64,000 bases of DNA from Octopus sinensis (Eukaryota), in NCBI RefSeq assembly GCF_006345805.1, contig NC_042999.1, positions 97,402,001 through 97,466,000 on the forward strand, given 5' to 3'. Both the position numbers and the translations under genes were made by a program. Of this stretch, positions 1 to 12,781 are shown piece after piece (positions within the stretch are counted from its first letter, which is position 1; each line of letters starts with the position of its first letter). The notes below the pieces were generated by a model that saw only the letters and a list, made by a program, of their open reading frames with translations, was not told the origin of the DNA and ran no database searches.

Positions 1-874
1 TTATCTTATTGCATGGCCTCCAAGACTGGGGGAGGGGTGATAGGGAAATTAAACCACAATTCAAACTGGAAAATGCTTGCAACAGAGTGGACACTGCAGG
101 AAGCAGTGGGAAAATGGTGCTAAATTAAGTAATGAATTAAATTTACTAAATCCTCTAATGACTATATAATAATTAGTAAAAGAAACAGAAATCTTTGTTG
201 ATAAATTCATATCACTTAACCTCAGAAATAAGATTAAGTAGATGAAACTAATATAATTTCCATTCACTAAATAAGACTAATTAATGTGACTTACAATGTT
301 TTCCTAAACAAGCAAAGGAATTAGAATAACAGATTGATCACACTTATTAATCCCATATAGTTTTATTTATACAGTATTCAATTAATATATTTTCTAATTC
401 AACATCACCAGGTATCTTGCTTTTTATATACAAAATTCATTTTTTTTTACGGAAGCATTAAACTCACCTTTATTGCATTTCAAGTGTTTGGAAATGATAT
501 TCACTATAGCTATACTAAATATAGCTGTTTGGAATAATTATTTAAGAAAAGCTATGTTCCATTCTTTTCACTTCCAAAGTACAATTCCACAGAAGTCCAG
601 TCTAGCTTGACAAGTAATGGTGCACCAAGATAAATGCATCTTTGTTATAATATTAATCATTATCATTCAAGCTAGTATACTTTCTTTTCTTTTAATATAA
701 ATTCTAGTTGTTCAGGCTTTTAAAAGTTGCTAATGCAATCCCAGAAAGTGTAAAAAACACACACAAAAAAAAAAACATCTCTAACATCATGTCAGTTACT
801 AGCCATATGTAAATGCTTTGGTCAAGAATATGCTAAAATATCTGCAGTAAAATAAAAATTCACACAATAAGCTC

Positions 875-1107
875 TGTGTATGTGTGTGTGTGTGTGTTTG
901 TGTTTGTCCCCTACCACAGCTTGAAAACCAGTGTTGGTATGTTTATATCCTGATAACTTAGCAGTTTGGCAAAAAGAGACCAACAGAATAAGTACTAGGC
1001 TTTAAAAAAATAGGTACTGTTGTCAATTCATTTCACTAAAAAATTTTTGAGGCAGTGCAAAGTATGGCCACAGTCTAATGACTGAAACAAGTAAATGGTA
1101 AAAGATA
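875..1107 (+). mobile_element. 3' half of tRNA-derived SINE (same family as 40134-40555)
   Basis: GTTTGTCCCC...GCAGTTTGGCAAAAAGAGACCAACAGAATAAGTACTAGGC...GGCCACAGTCTAATGACTGAAACAAGTAAA matches the 3' half of the full copy at 40134. Confidence 0.8.
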
Positions 1108-1109
1108 AT

Positions 1110-1290
1110 GACTTCTTTTAAAGGTACAAAGCTACAAATTTAAAAAAAGGAATTGTACTTGACTTTTATATATTTTATAGATCTTGAAAAGATGCAAGGC
1201 AAAGTCAACTTTACTGGGAACTGATTTTACAATGTAGGGCTGTAACTAAATACAGCAAACTATTTTGCCCAATGCTCTAATGATTCTGTC
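1110..1290 (-). mobile_element. Degenerate Meta-domain SINE
   Basis: GAAAAGATGCAAGGCAAAGTCAAC...TCTAATGATTCTG resembles the better-preserved copy at 43254-43466. Confidence 0.6.
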
Positions 1291-1875
1291 TAGGCATTTA
1301 CTGATAGTTACTTTGTCAACTTAGATACTGAAATGGATACTTCTAAAGTATCTATCTAATGTTCTATCTCAATCATCTCCACCATTCATAGATCATTAAG
1401 AGTGACAAGGAAAGAAAAAATACATATGCCACATGGTCGTAGAGAAATGACTACCTGACACGATAGTATACAAACTTTATACATAGATTTTGTTTCTGAA
1501 TCATTCAGGATGTTTTATAACAGAACTAATAATTTAATCAGGGATCATGAAATTACTTTACTACTTCATTATAATATTGCTTTCATTTTCTTATCTCAAT
1601 ACTTAGGGTTAGTGTAAACTGAAGAATTAAAACTGATGATGATGATTCATTTCTCTATGTCCAAATCTCTTAATGATAACATTACCTTCGATTCTTCTAA
1701 TGTAAAAATAAGTAGCAATGTAATTTTATGTTCAAGTTAGTTGTCTTAGTTAAGGAGTGAAAGACTACGGAAGTAATCTGAAGCATTTTTCAGGAGTATC
1801 AAAAAAAGAAGGGGTTGAATGAATTTAATGAAGCTACTATTATAATAAATTGACATTGTTTTTCAATCTTTCCAG

Positions 1876-2199
1876 GGTTAATAAAATAAGAACCTGGGAC
1901 ACAATGCCAGTAACACCTCTAAGAAAAGCATGAATGTCACAGTCTCATTCACCTCAGCTATAAAACTTATTGATGAGTAATCTAATAAATATTTTGAGCA
2001 ATAAAGGAGTTCCAAGCTAGCACAATTTTTGGAGGATTGTCTGTCTCTGAATGAGTGGCCTTGGGAATGATACAGTAGAGGCAGCAGAATGCAGAAAAAA
2101 GCATAAGAAGCAATCAGAAATGGAGTTGGAATACTGCCATCAAGTCTGCAAGAGCAGAAATTTAAGTTGCAAAAGAACACAGTAAACTGAGTTGTATTG
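1876..2199 (+). other. Candidate non-coding exon
   Basis: Acceptor TTTCAATCTTTCCAG|G and donor TTG|GTAAGT bracket 324 bp of unique sequence with no long plus-strand ORF. The antisense 112-aa ORF has no recognisable homology. Confidence 0.25.
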
Positions 2200-2497
2200 G
2201 TAAGTTGATATATCATTTCTTAAGTAAGTGTTTTAACGAGAACAAAATGAAATTTTACTTATTAAAAGCACTATCATGTATTTAGAAATTAGATTTAAAA
2301 AACACAAATCTGAAAAGTAATTATTCCTCTACCCCACTTCTTTCTTTACTAAATATCATTATTGGTATTTATCAGGTATTTAACTGATTTAGTTTTCAAT
2401 TGATTTCCTTATGTTTCTTTCTAAGAATATCAGTTCAAGGCCAATCTTATGAAAGGAGGGTGAACAGTCAACTGATTTGACTTCAGTACACTACTAA

Positions 2498-3779
2498 CAA
2501 GGGTGGGCTGGAAAGCTCATAGGCTGACTATGAAGGAGTGATGTTAGAGCTGTGAAATCATGCATGCATTGATTTCTCCCCTTCTTATTGATAACTAGCT
2601 GCATTGTTTCTTTCCAGGTAAACTGACATCTGTTGGTTCAAAGAAGGCTTAAGAAAAAAACTAGTAGCAATTTCCATTGAAAATGGACAAAATTTCACAT
2701 CATAGTTTTATCAAGTACCTGCAGAAAAATGGTTTAGCCCCAGTGACATCCATGCAGTTCTATGCTTGCTACATTAGGGGATGACACTCCAATTTTATCA
2801 ATAGTGCAAAAGTGGGCAGCTGTATTTAGGAGGGGAAGGAAGAGTCGTGAAGATGATCCAAGATATGGATGTACTGCAACTGCCACCACCAAGGAAAACA
2901 TTGACTGTGCTCACCACATGGTGATGGATGATAAGCAACTGATTATAAATCAAATAGCCAATGCTATTAGCATATCCTATGAGAGAATTGAGAATATTTT
3001 GCACAATGAACTGGGCATGAAGGTTTCTGCTTGGTGGGTGCAATGTCTTCTGACACCTGATCAAAAGCATACCAGGCTGATCACATCACAGGAAAATCTG
3101 GTATTGATTGAGGCAGATCCAACTGGTTTCTGTGAACATTTCCTAACCCAGGATGAGTGTTGGCTTCATAACTTTGAGCCAGAAGCAGAGATGATCTATG
3201 CAATGGAAACACCCCTCTTCACCAGCACCAAAGAAGGCCATGGTTGTTTTACCAGCAGGGATGGTGATGGCCTGTTTTGGGGGATGCAAAAGGTATTGTG
3301 TTTACTGACTATCTTCAAAAGGGACACACCATCAATGGAGAGTACTATGCAACTTGCTGAAGCAGTTATGAAAGACTATCAAGACCAAACACCCAGGAAA
3401 ACTGACCAAAGGGGTCTTGTTTCATTAGGACAATGCTCCAGAGTCCTTGGTTTCAATGGCTTATGTGTGTGACTGTGGCTTTGAACTGGTTGATCACCCT
3501 CCCTATTCTCCTGATTTGGCCCCATCCAACTATCATCTGTCCCCCAACATATAAAAATACTTGATTGGGAACTAGTATTGCAGTGACGATGACACCATAA
3601 CTGCTGTTGATGACTGTTTTGACTAACATGATGTAAGCTTCTTCAGCAATGGGATCTAAGTACTGTAATACCAACAGAAGAAATATGTGGACCAAATTCT
3701 ATGTTGAAAAATAAACCACATTTGGTCACAGTCCATGAAAGTATCTTGGCTAGCCAATGAACTTTTCAGCTGACCCTCA
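2498..3779 (+). mobile_element. Mariner transposon (irritans/Himar1-like), near full length, decayed
   Basis: TIRs CAAGGGTGGGCTGGAAAGCTCATAGGCT and AGCCAATGAACTTTTCAGCTGACCCTCA. ORF pieces MDKISH (ATG 2683), KWAAVFRRGR..EDDPR, KVSAWWV, TQDECWLHNFEPE, PYSPDLAPSNYHL. Confidence 0.93.
2683..3690 (+). pseudogene. Frameshifted mariner transposase
   Basis: The 236-aa ORF 2762-3472 is in the transposase frame only up to FEPE; later motifs lie in other frames. Confidence 0.85.
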
Positions 3780-4297
3780 CAGCATGAAATAGACTAAAAT
3801 GAGTCACCAAAAAGAAAAACAACTAAGTTATTTTTAAAAGCAATACAGTGTAAACATAAAATACCAGCAGTCTAAATTGAAAGAGAAAAAGAAACTATAA
3901 ACATGACATAAGTGACCAATATAAAGAAAATTAGATCTTAACTTTTAAAACCCACAAAATGAGCTCTATTGTAAAACCAATTTAAAATAAAAGAGAAGAA
4001 ATTGATCAATTACTAAACTGAGTATTCTATGTATGCTAAATTGCTTGTAATAGAACTTCAAACTTTAGGTCAAAAGCAATAAATAAACAGAAAGCAATAT
4101 ATGACATAAAAAAATCTTTATCATGCCAGCATGGAAGGCTGACGTTAAGCAATGATGATGATGAAACTATTTGTGCCTTTTCTCATAATATCTAGAACAA
4201 AACAATACACATATACAAATAGTTAACTGCAAACATTGGATATTAAAAAAAAAAAACTGCTGAAGTAAAATCATAAAATTGATATTTTTTAGCAATA

Positions 4298-4493
4298 CAG
4301 TAATCCCTCAACTATTGCGGATGTTACATTCCCACAGAAATAATTAAAATCCGAAAAAATAGATATACCTATCAACCGCAGAAACCCAGATATACTGAGG
4401 AGTCTGCAAAATGAATTTACATATATTAGCCACAAAAATCCACGATGTACTGAGTGTGAAATAGGTATACCACAATATGGTGAGAGATTACTG
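4298..4493. mobile_element. Tigger/pogo-type MITE
   Basis: TA|CAGTAATCCCTC ... GAGAGATTACTG|TA: terminal inverted repeats with TA TSD. Confidence 0.8.
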
Positions 4494-4649
4494 TATATGA
4501 ATTTTATCTAAATAGTTTAATGGTTCTACTTCAGTTAAACATAAAATTTCTCATTTCAAATTTTAGATTCGTTTGATAAAGATTAAGTCTAATTATGATG
4601 GGTACTAACATAAAAAGAAAACAAAAAAATCCCACGGTTCTTGACTTAA

Positions 4650-4869
4650 CCCTTTAGCATTGAGATTACTCTGTTGAGTGTAATGTTTAATTATTCACGT
4701 TGTTTTAAATTAATCATCTATTACTTTGTTGCTTTGAGATTTTGATGATGTGACTGATTATTTTTATAATAACATTGTAGGATATGTGTGAAAGGCCAGG
4801 TCTAGCTGATCTGAACATAAAACAGGTAGAATATTTGGGTTAGATATGATCAGTTTAAATGCTAAAGGG
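4650..4869. mobile_element. piggyBac-type MITE
   Basis: TTAA|CCCTTTAGCATT ... AATGCTAAAGGG|TTAA. The same body recurs in the opposite orientation at ~6265-6460, 6793-7012 and 36565-36785. Confidence 0.85.
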
Positions 4870-5394
4870 TTAATAGACAAGCCCATTAGGCACATCAGAG
4901 ACACTGTAACATTTACAGGTGACATTAACCTAAAGTGCTGACTTCAAATCCTGCCATGGGTGTATAGACAAAAGAGACATACCAACAGAAGTTAATACTA
5001 CCCGGTGCAACAAATATAGTACCCTTGATGATTGATTCATCTCAGAATTATTCAAGGCAATGATGATAAACATTAGTTAAAAAAGGCATATCAAAAAGAA
5101 CAAATGATCAATGAAACACCTGCTTTATGAAAAGTAGATTACACTTTGTGATTACACTACTAGTCAGTTTGAAATGTGAGAGGATAAAGTACCTAAATAA
5201 TTGTTTCTAACATAGACACAATGCCTGAAATTTAAGAGGGGGTTAGTTGATTACATCAACTCTAGTATTTGACCCCAAAGGGATGGAAAACAATGATGAT
5301 CTTAGCAGGAATTGAACCTGAAACATAAAGTACTGGAGTAAAATTTTCATTTTATATGATGTTCCACTGATTCTCCTAAACTGCTGCTGTCACC

Positions 5395-5776
5395 ATTACC
5401 ATCATCGTTTAATGTCCACTTTTCCATACTTGCATGGATTGTACAGAATTTCTTGAGCTGGATTTTCCTCCCTGTCACCAATCCTTGCTTGTTTCCAAGT
5501 AAGGTAATATTCCCAATGACCAGACATGTTTTCACAGAAGCTTGGAAACAAATGGCACCACTTCCATGGTGATTACATTTGTTTACAACTATAACATGAA
5601 GCCAAGGCAAAGGGGCAGTATGCACACACACTTTTTTTTTTAGTTTCCACTCACAAAGCTTTGGTTGACCCATGTTTATAGTAAAAGACATTTGCCCAAT
5701 GTACAATGCAGTGGGACAGAACCTGAGACCATGTGGTTGGGAAGCAAACTTCCTACCACACAACCACACCTACACC
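5395..5776 (-). mobile_element. tRNA-headed SINE with RTE-derived 3' tail
   Basis: Minus strand: head TGGTTGTGTGG...GGTTCTGTCCC, core TTGGGCAAATGTC, tail CCATGCAAGTATGGAAAAGTGGACATTAAACGATGAT. Confidence 0.8.
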
Positions 5777-6792
5777 TCTATCCTAAATAACATGAAGCAT
5801 TGATTCTACAAATAGCAGCCACTGAAATATCTTGACAGTACTTTGACAATAAAATCCTGTTTTTAAGCCACTTGTACCACCTGATGGTTACATATTAGAA
5901 ATTAGGCAAATTTTACCCAATTTTTGATATAACAATTAATAGCTATCTGAACTGATCAATACAAAGCCTCTTGATTCATGAAAACTAGACTACAGTCTAG
6001 TAAACTATAAAAAAATATATTCAATAGTTACTTATAAAGGCATTCACTGAAACAAACTCTAGACAATATATGAATATTTCTGCTTCATAAATCAATTATA
6101 ATATATTTCTTCATGTGCTCTTGTTTCTTTCTTCTGTTGATGATGGATTCCCATAGTATATGGGGAATCATTCCATCATAATGTCTTTCAAAGCCAAGTC
6201 ATTGCTTCTCACAGGAATGCTGCAGTCGTTGGAATTACACATACCACCATCAACCCATAATTCTTTAACATTCAAACCAGCCAAATCAGGTCCAAATATT
6301 GTACCAGTTTTATGCTCAAACAGGCCAGATCCAACTTTTCACACCTAACTTGCAACGTTATTCAAAAAGCAAAACAATTACACCATCAAAATCTTGAAGT
6401 TACAAGATAATGCATATTAATTCAAAACAATGTGGACAAATAAACATTACATTTGACATTTGATGAATAGTGTTGACTGTAGTGTTGTAGATGAGGAGTG
6501 GCATGTTACTGTTATCTTGAAATTAATTCATGTGAGCATAAACCATGAGTATCCTTTCAAATCGATGGCCAAGACTTGTTTGGATAACAGTAATGCTGTA
6601 ACTGCCAATGAATCAAGAAAACGATAGGATAAACTAGTGTATATATCCATCATCATACCCAACACAAGTGTAATTAGATGCAATGAATTTAGTATGGTGC
6701 TTTACTGCTTCTGCTAAGTCTACTTCACTTCTTTTTATCAATTCTATCACTGTTTGATTTAGTTACATAAAAGTAGTAAGTTAAATGCCATG

Positions 6793-7012
6793 ACCCTTTA
6801 GGATTTAAACAAGCCATATCTGGCCCAAATATTCTACCTGCTTTATGTTCAAATTGGCCAGAAACAGCCTCTCACATCTACCCTACAACATTACTGTCAA
6901 AATAAACAATTACATCATAAAAATCTTAAAGTTATGAGATAAGGCATGATTAATTTAAAACAATGTGAATAAATAAGCATTACATTTGACAGAGAAATCT
7001 GAATGATAAAGA
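6793..7012. mobile_element. piggyBac-type MITE (degenerate)
   Basis: CCCTTTAGGATTTAAA ... TGATAAAGAG|TTAA; body homologous to 36565-36785. Confidence 0.75.
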
Positions 7013-7392
7013 GTTAAGTGAAAGTAGTTAGATACAAAGCCTCAGATGTATAGCTCCCTCCTTAAGGGTATCAGCAATGTAAACATAGTAAAATGGTGGC
7101 AACCAGTTATCTTGCTTGGAATTGATCTAAACTTACCAGAAAATTTCAAAATGTTAAGAGACTCAATAAGATATAATGTAGAAAGGAGTCTTTGGTCCTG
7201 TTGTGGTTACCCCCCTTTAAAACTAGTGATCTAATAAAATGCACAGCCCATGCCATTAAGTGAGGGCAGGAAGGATATGAAACCATAGAAGTCAAGAAGG
7301 CTATGCCCCCCAAACCCAACTAATGCCAGAATGGGGCAATAGCTGTTAAATGAAGATATAAATAAGTATTTTCTCCTTTTCTAGATTGAAAT

Positions 7393-7423
<31 letters not shown>

Positions 7424-7832
7424 GTTAGTTACAGGCATATCTAACCATTAAAGAAATGAGTGGTACTTCATGCAGTCAGTAGACATGCAAAATACCAAAC
7501 TTCACTCAAATCAAATCCTACCATCTTGTAGAAGTACTCACTGGGTATGGTGCCAAGTGTACTATGTCTAGGAAAAAGATGAGCTGGTCATAGCTGGATT
7601 ACTTTTGATGTATTCTAGGTCCTTTGGTGGTCAAGATTGACCATATACTTGCAAATGTATGTACAAGCCTCAGCAAAGTTTTCTGTGGAAGACTGGCAGT
7701 TGCCGTTACAGGCAAATCTCCTTTTTCCATGACACTAATGTTGTCCAAAGGAAATGCTGAGCCTTAGGGCTCATACAACAGGGTACTAGTGTCTTTGCAG
7801 GTTTTGCTGTCAGAACACAAATGACTGGATGT

Positions 7833-8043
7833 GGAGGCACATGGCTTAATGATTAGGGGTTAGACTTATGATCATAAGATTGTTATTTTGATTCCTGGAT
7901 CACGTTACTCAAATCCACTCAGCTGGCAAAAATGAGTAATCCTGCAATGGACCGGCATCCCATCCTGGTGGGGAATTTATATGCCACGGAAACAGGCCCT
8001 TATGAGTCAGCATGACTTGGGAAGGAAACTTTACCTTTTTTTT
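7833..8043 (+). mobile_element. tRNA-derived CORE-type SINE
   Basis: Head GGAGGCACATGGCTTAATG, CACTCAGCTGGCAAAAATGAGTA, CCTGCAATGGACCGGCATCCCATCC, tail ACTTTACCTTT. Head shared with 50819. Confidence 0.65.
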
Positions 8044-8699
8044 ACAAATGGCTGGAACTGTTATCATAAGACATACCATTCAACATTCTAACAGTTCTAC
8101 TCCAGTCAGGTACTTTTCTTTTTATCAGCTCCAAAAATAGGAAGTAAATGTGACTATTGGCAGGATTTGAACTCAGTACAGTGCATTAGAACAAATACTG
8201 CAAAGCATTCTATCTAACACTCATGACTTTGGTAACTTACTTTTGATAAGTCTTTTCAATCAGTTCTACTTGAACTAAACACTAACAACCCTTAAAGAAA
8301 TTTTAATTTTTAATTGTAAAACTGACATATTTAATGAGCATGCACAGAAAAAAATTTTCTTGCTATTTAAAAAATAATTTTCTCTCAATTTTATCTTTGG
8401 AGATTTGCAAGTGATATTGTTTATTTTGGTCCAGAAGGGATTCATTACTGGTTTCCATAGAATTTTCAAAGTTATTTAGAATGTTAATAAAAATAAAAGT
8501 AAAATACATTCTAATGCTTCCCACAAAATAAATATTTCTGGTGTTTACTATGAGAGTAAATTTCCCTGATGGTTAAATTACTAAATGAAAATTATAACTA
8601 GGAAACAGAAATTCAGTTAGACTGATGTTTAACTAAATAGCATTTGCTATACTGTTACAAATTTTGTTTCAGTATTACTCTCCTTTTGCTTATCTATCG

Positions 8700-8735
<36 letters not shown>

Positions 8736-8832
8736 TTTCCATCTGTCGAGGCTGCATGCAGATTTTTTTATCAGTTCTGCAGGTCACATACTCACTAATC
8801 GTTGCAATTATGTGTTAGATATTGGAGGAGGA

Positions 8833-8874
<42 letters not shown>

Positions 8875-11486
8875 TACAGGATGGAAACTCAGTAAAGTTT
8901 TAACATTTGAAAATGACAGAGAAAAGGATGACAAGGGCATACACTACAGCTGTAAAAAGATAGGCAAGTAGACTTGGATCAGAATTTCTGATTTCAGTCT
9001 AAGGACATTGCAACTTTGGAAGTGGTATATGGAAAGTAGTTGAGCATCAAAGACGTTGGCAGATGTCTACAAGAGTAACAGTTACACATGATGCATGCCA
9101 TTAGAAAGATACTGCAAGATATATGTGATTGATTTAAAAGAGCCAAATAAGAACTGATTTAGTCAAAACCTCTGAAACTGCTGAGCCTTAATTGATCATA
9201 TGTAAATGCCTCCTAAGTTATGAGGGAGCTTTTAAGGGCTAGTACTTAGCTCCAGTTCTATGAATCATGAGGGAGTGCTTTTCTACAGAATATTATAAGT
9301 GTATGCAACAGGTAACATTCCCAGGTGATTTAGTACCTATTCTTAAGACAATGGAGGATAAGGTGTTTTATCCACAAGTGCAACCAAATGCAGATTTGAA
9401 CTTTTGACTTATGAACAGATAGGTCATTTCATGTCTACTGCTGATGTGATAGTACAGAGCAATATAAATTCATTTGTTTCACACACGTATTGGGAACTGG
9501 ATATTATGACTATGGTTATGATGTAGATGAAGTAAAAAGCAAAAAAGTAAAAGTAAATAAATAAAAATCCAAATCATAGGTTTGAGGATAATTTCATAAC
9601 AACCGAATTCTGTAGGTAATTGGGACAGTTTTAAAACATAAGCAGTATTAGAATAAAAACGATATTCAAAATGGTAGCGTGAAGAGAAAATTTGGGTGTT
9701 ACCTTTTCTAGTCATAACAAATGAATCACAGTAAATATATAAATTGCCTTATCGCATGGAAGTATTGTGGAAAGAGGGGAAGAGTAGTTGAAGACACAAC
9801 CAATGCTGAAGATAGGACATTGAAAGATTTTTATTATCATTTACATTTTCTGCTTCTCTGAACTACAACCAACATCTGCTCCTTTGAACATGCCAACTTT
9901 ATCCTGCACCTTAGTATTTTTTCCCCTTACATCACCCCTACCTTGCACCACATCTTAGATTGAAATTTAAACAAATTTACCCAACCTGTCTTCTCCAGGA
10001 CTGCATTCATTATTTATCCATATTCACCAGCCTTAAGTGGGTTAAAGAGAGCTACTGACTCTACTTTTCCTTCTCAAACTACTCAGAACAAAAAGATATC
10101 TCTTTTGGCACTCTAACATTTAGAAAAACACATAAAAAGTCAGAATTGCCTGAAAATCTATGTGGAATTGTTTCTTTTAAATATCATCTATATTTTGTAT
10201 CGAAAGCAATTTCTTCCCAATCCATTTCTCACTGTCCTTTCTCCATATTACACTGTATATAAATATCACATGTCCCATGAGCGTAGTTAAAACTAAACTA
10301 TTTGTCTATTTCTCTAAATTAGAACTAATCCAGTATTGTAGGTTTATTCCACTTCCAACATTATGATTAAAAATAGTAAGTTTTCAACATAAAGCAGAAT
10401 ATTTGGGCAAGAAATTCTGCAGTTATGATATCATCTAATGAGTAATCTTTTGTTTTACGAACAAGAAAGTTGGAAACACAACTTAAAATAAATTTTGAAA
10501 CTAAAAGTTTATTTTGGAAAACACACACACAGATAAAAAAAAACACATGAGCAGGTAGGGTTTGAGGTCAATAAAATGAATCTGAAATGTACTTAATCAG
10601 AATAATTTATGCATGAATGAAATCTGAATACTAATATCTAATTTATATTTTTTTGTTTTTAAGTTCAAGTCAAATGAAATTACGACATGGGATAACACTC
10701 TCAAATGCAATTTATAAATTATGTGCTCTGTTTATGAGAACGATGCCAACAACCAATTTCAAAGAAAAAGATTCTTCCAGTTCCACATTATTACCCACTG
10801 TTAGTCAAGTATTGTTGAACATTATTTTACTTGTATTTTATTTCACTTGCTGGTTTATGAAACAAAAGATTACCTTATAATGATTTCTGTAGTTTTACTG
10901 CATGTTTACTTAAACATGCAGTAAAACTTTCATTTACAGTCTTTCAGACTAAAACCTCTTACTCTCTATATCTGACCAATCTTTTCTGTCCATACACTGT
11001 TTTCAAACTTCTTTTCTGAAAGGTACTGCTTGCATTTATAGAGAATCCAGTCTCTCTATTACTGATAATAGCTACACATATATACGAAATTGCTTTGCAC
11101 TCAACTTCTAAATTCATGAATAACCCTAATACTACAAATTCTAGGCCTCACAATTTCTGATGATATAATTAGAATGATTTCACAAATACAATATTGTCAA
11201 AATTGCACTCCAAAGACTAGGCTGCTTCTTCATGGCCAAAAAATATTTCAGCCCTGATAAATTACTGAATACTCTACAAAGCTCATGGTGAGATATTGCT
11301 CGTATATTATGGAAAAAGGTACAGCTGCTATACACACATACACACACATCATATCTCAAAATAATTACCACTGAGCTGTTTAGCAGAGACTTACTCAACA
11401 ACAAACTATATCTGATTGACAGATGTGATGTTTCATCTACTACAATAGCAACAGTCTCTGTTGGCCTGATCAAACAAGCTACATAC

Positions 11487-11610
11487 CACTTCTGCATTAG
11501 CTAATTTATTGTACTGCAAAACTCTGCACTAAACATTTCCCTGACCTTTCCTTAGCAGAGCTGCAGCTCTTTGAAATTCTTTAGTCTATGTTCTACCTAT
11601 AGGTGTCAAC
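11487..11610 (-). other. Candidate non-coding exon
   Basis: Minus-strand acceptor GCTTTTGTAG|G and donor GTG|GTATGT bracket 124 bp with stops in all frames. Confidence 0.25.
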
Positions 11611-12349
11611 CTACAAAAGCTTAAATTGAACATCAGAAATATTTATCAAAACATATTATGAAGACCAACAAGATATAAATATTGCTCTTCATCCTACTAA
11701 TTAGCAACAAGTTGGAGTTATTTCATTTTTACATTGCTAATACTTTTAGGAAAACCATAATTATTAGGGTAATAAAGATTCACACAGACCAAAATGAAGG
11801 AGTTATGTATGGTATATTGGATGTGTGTAACAAGAACAAGAGAAAGATGCAAAAAATCAATACAATTAGTACAATATACCTGATATTAAATTGATAATGA
11901 TGAATGAATAAAGATATAAATAATACTACTGTGAGGGCCAAGTGCAAAAATAAAAGAAGTGCTGTAAATTAGTAGTTGTTGGTAAATCATAGCAGAAATG
12001 GGTAATTATCCACAAAGACTTTGAAGTGGTTAGATCATAGAGAGTTGAGTTTGAGGATTTTAGGAAATGAAAATGTTTTATACAAATGCACAGAATCACA
12101 GAACCATCACCAACCTCTGAGTGATTTGTATTTGTAAATAGATAAATATTTTCTTACATACTGATGAAGATTTGTTTTTCTACACACACAAACACACATA
12201 TACACCACCACCACCATCAAGCAGCGGTGACAGAAATAAAACAACTAATGCTCTGTTAAGTCCCATTTCTAGATAAGTTCCACACATCCTCAACATTCAA
12301 TGCATATGTTAAGCTACCATGTCATATCACACAAAATAAGAACATAATA

Positions 12350-12520
12350 TAAATTGATTATTATATAAGGACAAGGAAAGCAGCTGGACCATCAGGGATA
12401 GTCACTGAAAATATCCAAAGCAAGGCATATACTTGGCGTTTAGTCAATCAGATAGCACATTTAATGACTGGTATAGAAATAATATCATCAAGAACTACAC
12501 AGTCAAAGGAGTGCTCTGGT
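12350..12520 (+). mobile_element. RTE LINE fragment (start of RT region)
   Basis: GGAAAGCAGCTGGACCATCAGGGATAGTCACTGAA encodes (G)KAAGPSGIVTE, followed by NDW; homologous to ~26730-26850. Confidence 0.65.
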
Positions 12521-12781
12521 AAGAAGCAACTAGAAGCAACTTGTTTCCTCAGAGTGTGGGACAAATGCCATTGGTTTTTGTGAACCATTTCTGTACCTAC
12601 AGCGTATGGTCATTTTGAACAGCCCGGGGAGGGCATACACGGTATTGAATATGTCAGAGAATACTAATGACTTCCATTGTTGATGCTGCCAATGTCGGTG
12701 CTGTATAGCCCACTGTAGTCGTCGTTATGTGTTCTGGTAGTGGGTGGATCCAGTACATTGAGATTGTAAGGCATGACATGT

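Noticed and set aside
2762-3472. Intact or domesticated SETMAR-like gene
   Set aside because: Frameshifts, degenerate WVPREL motif and flanking TIRs show a dead transposon.
6141-6178. Small hairpin TGATGGATTCCCATA..TATGGGGAATCATTCCATCA (similar short ones near 45610 and 53876)
   Set aside because: Too short or bulged to exceed chance in 64 kb of AT-rich DNA.
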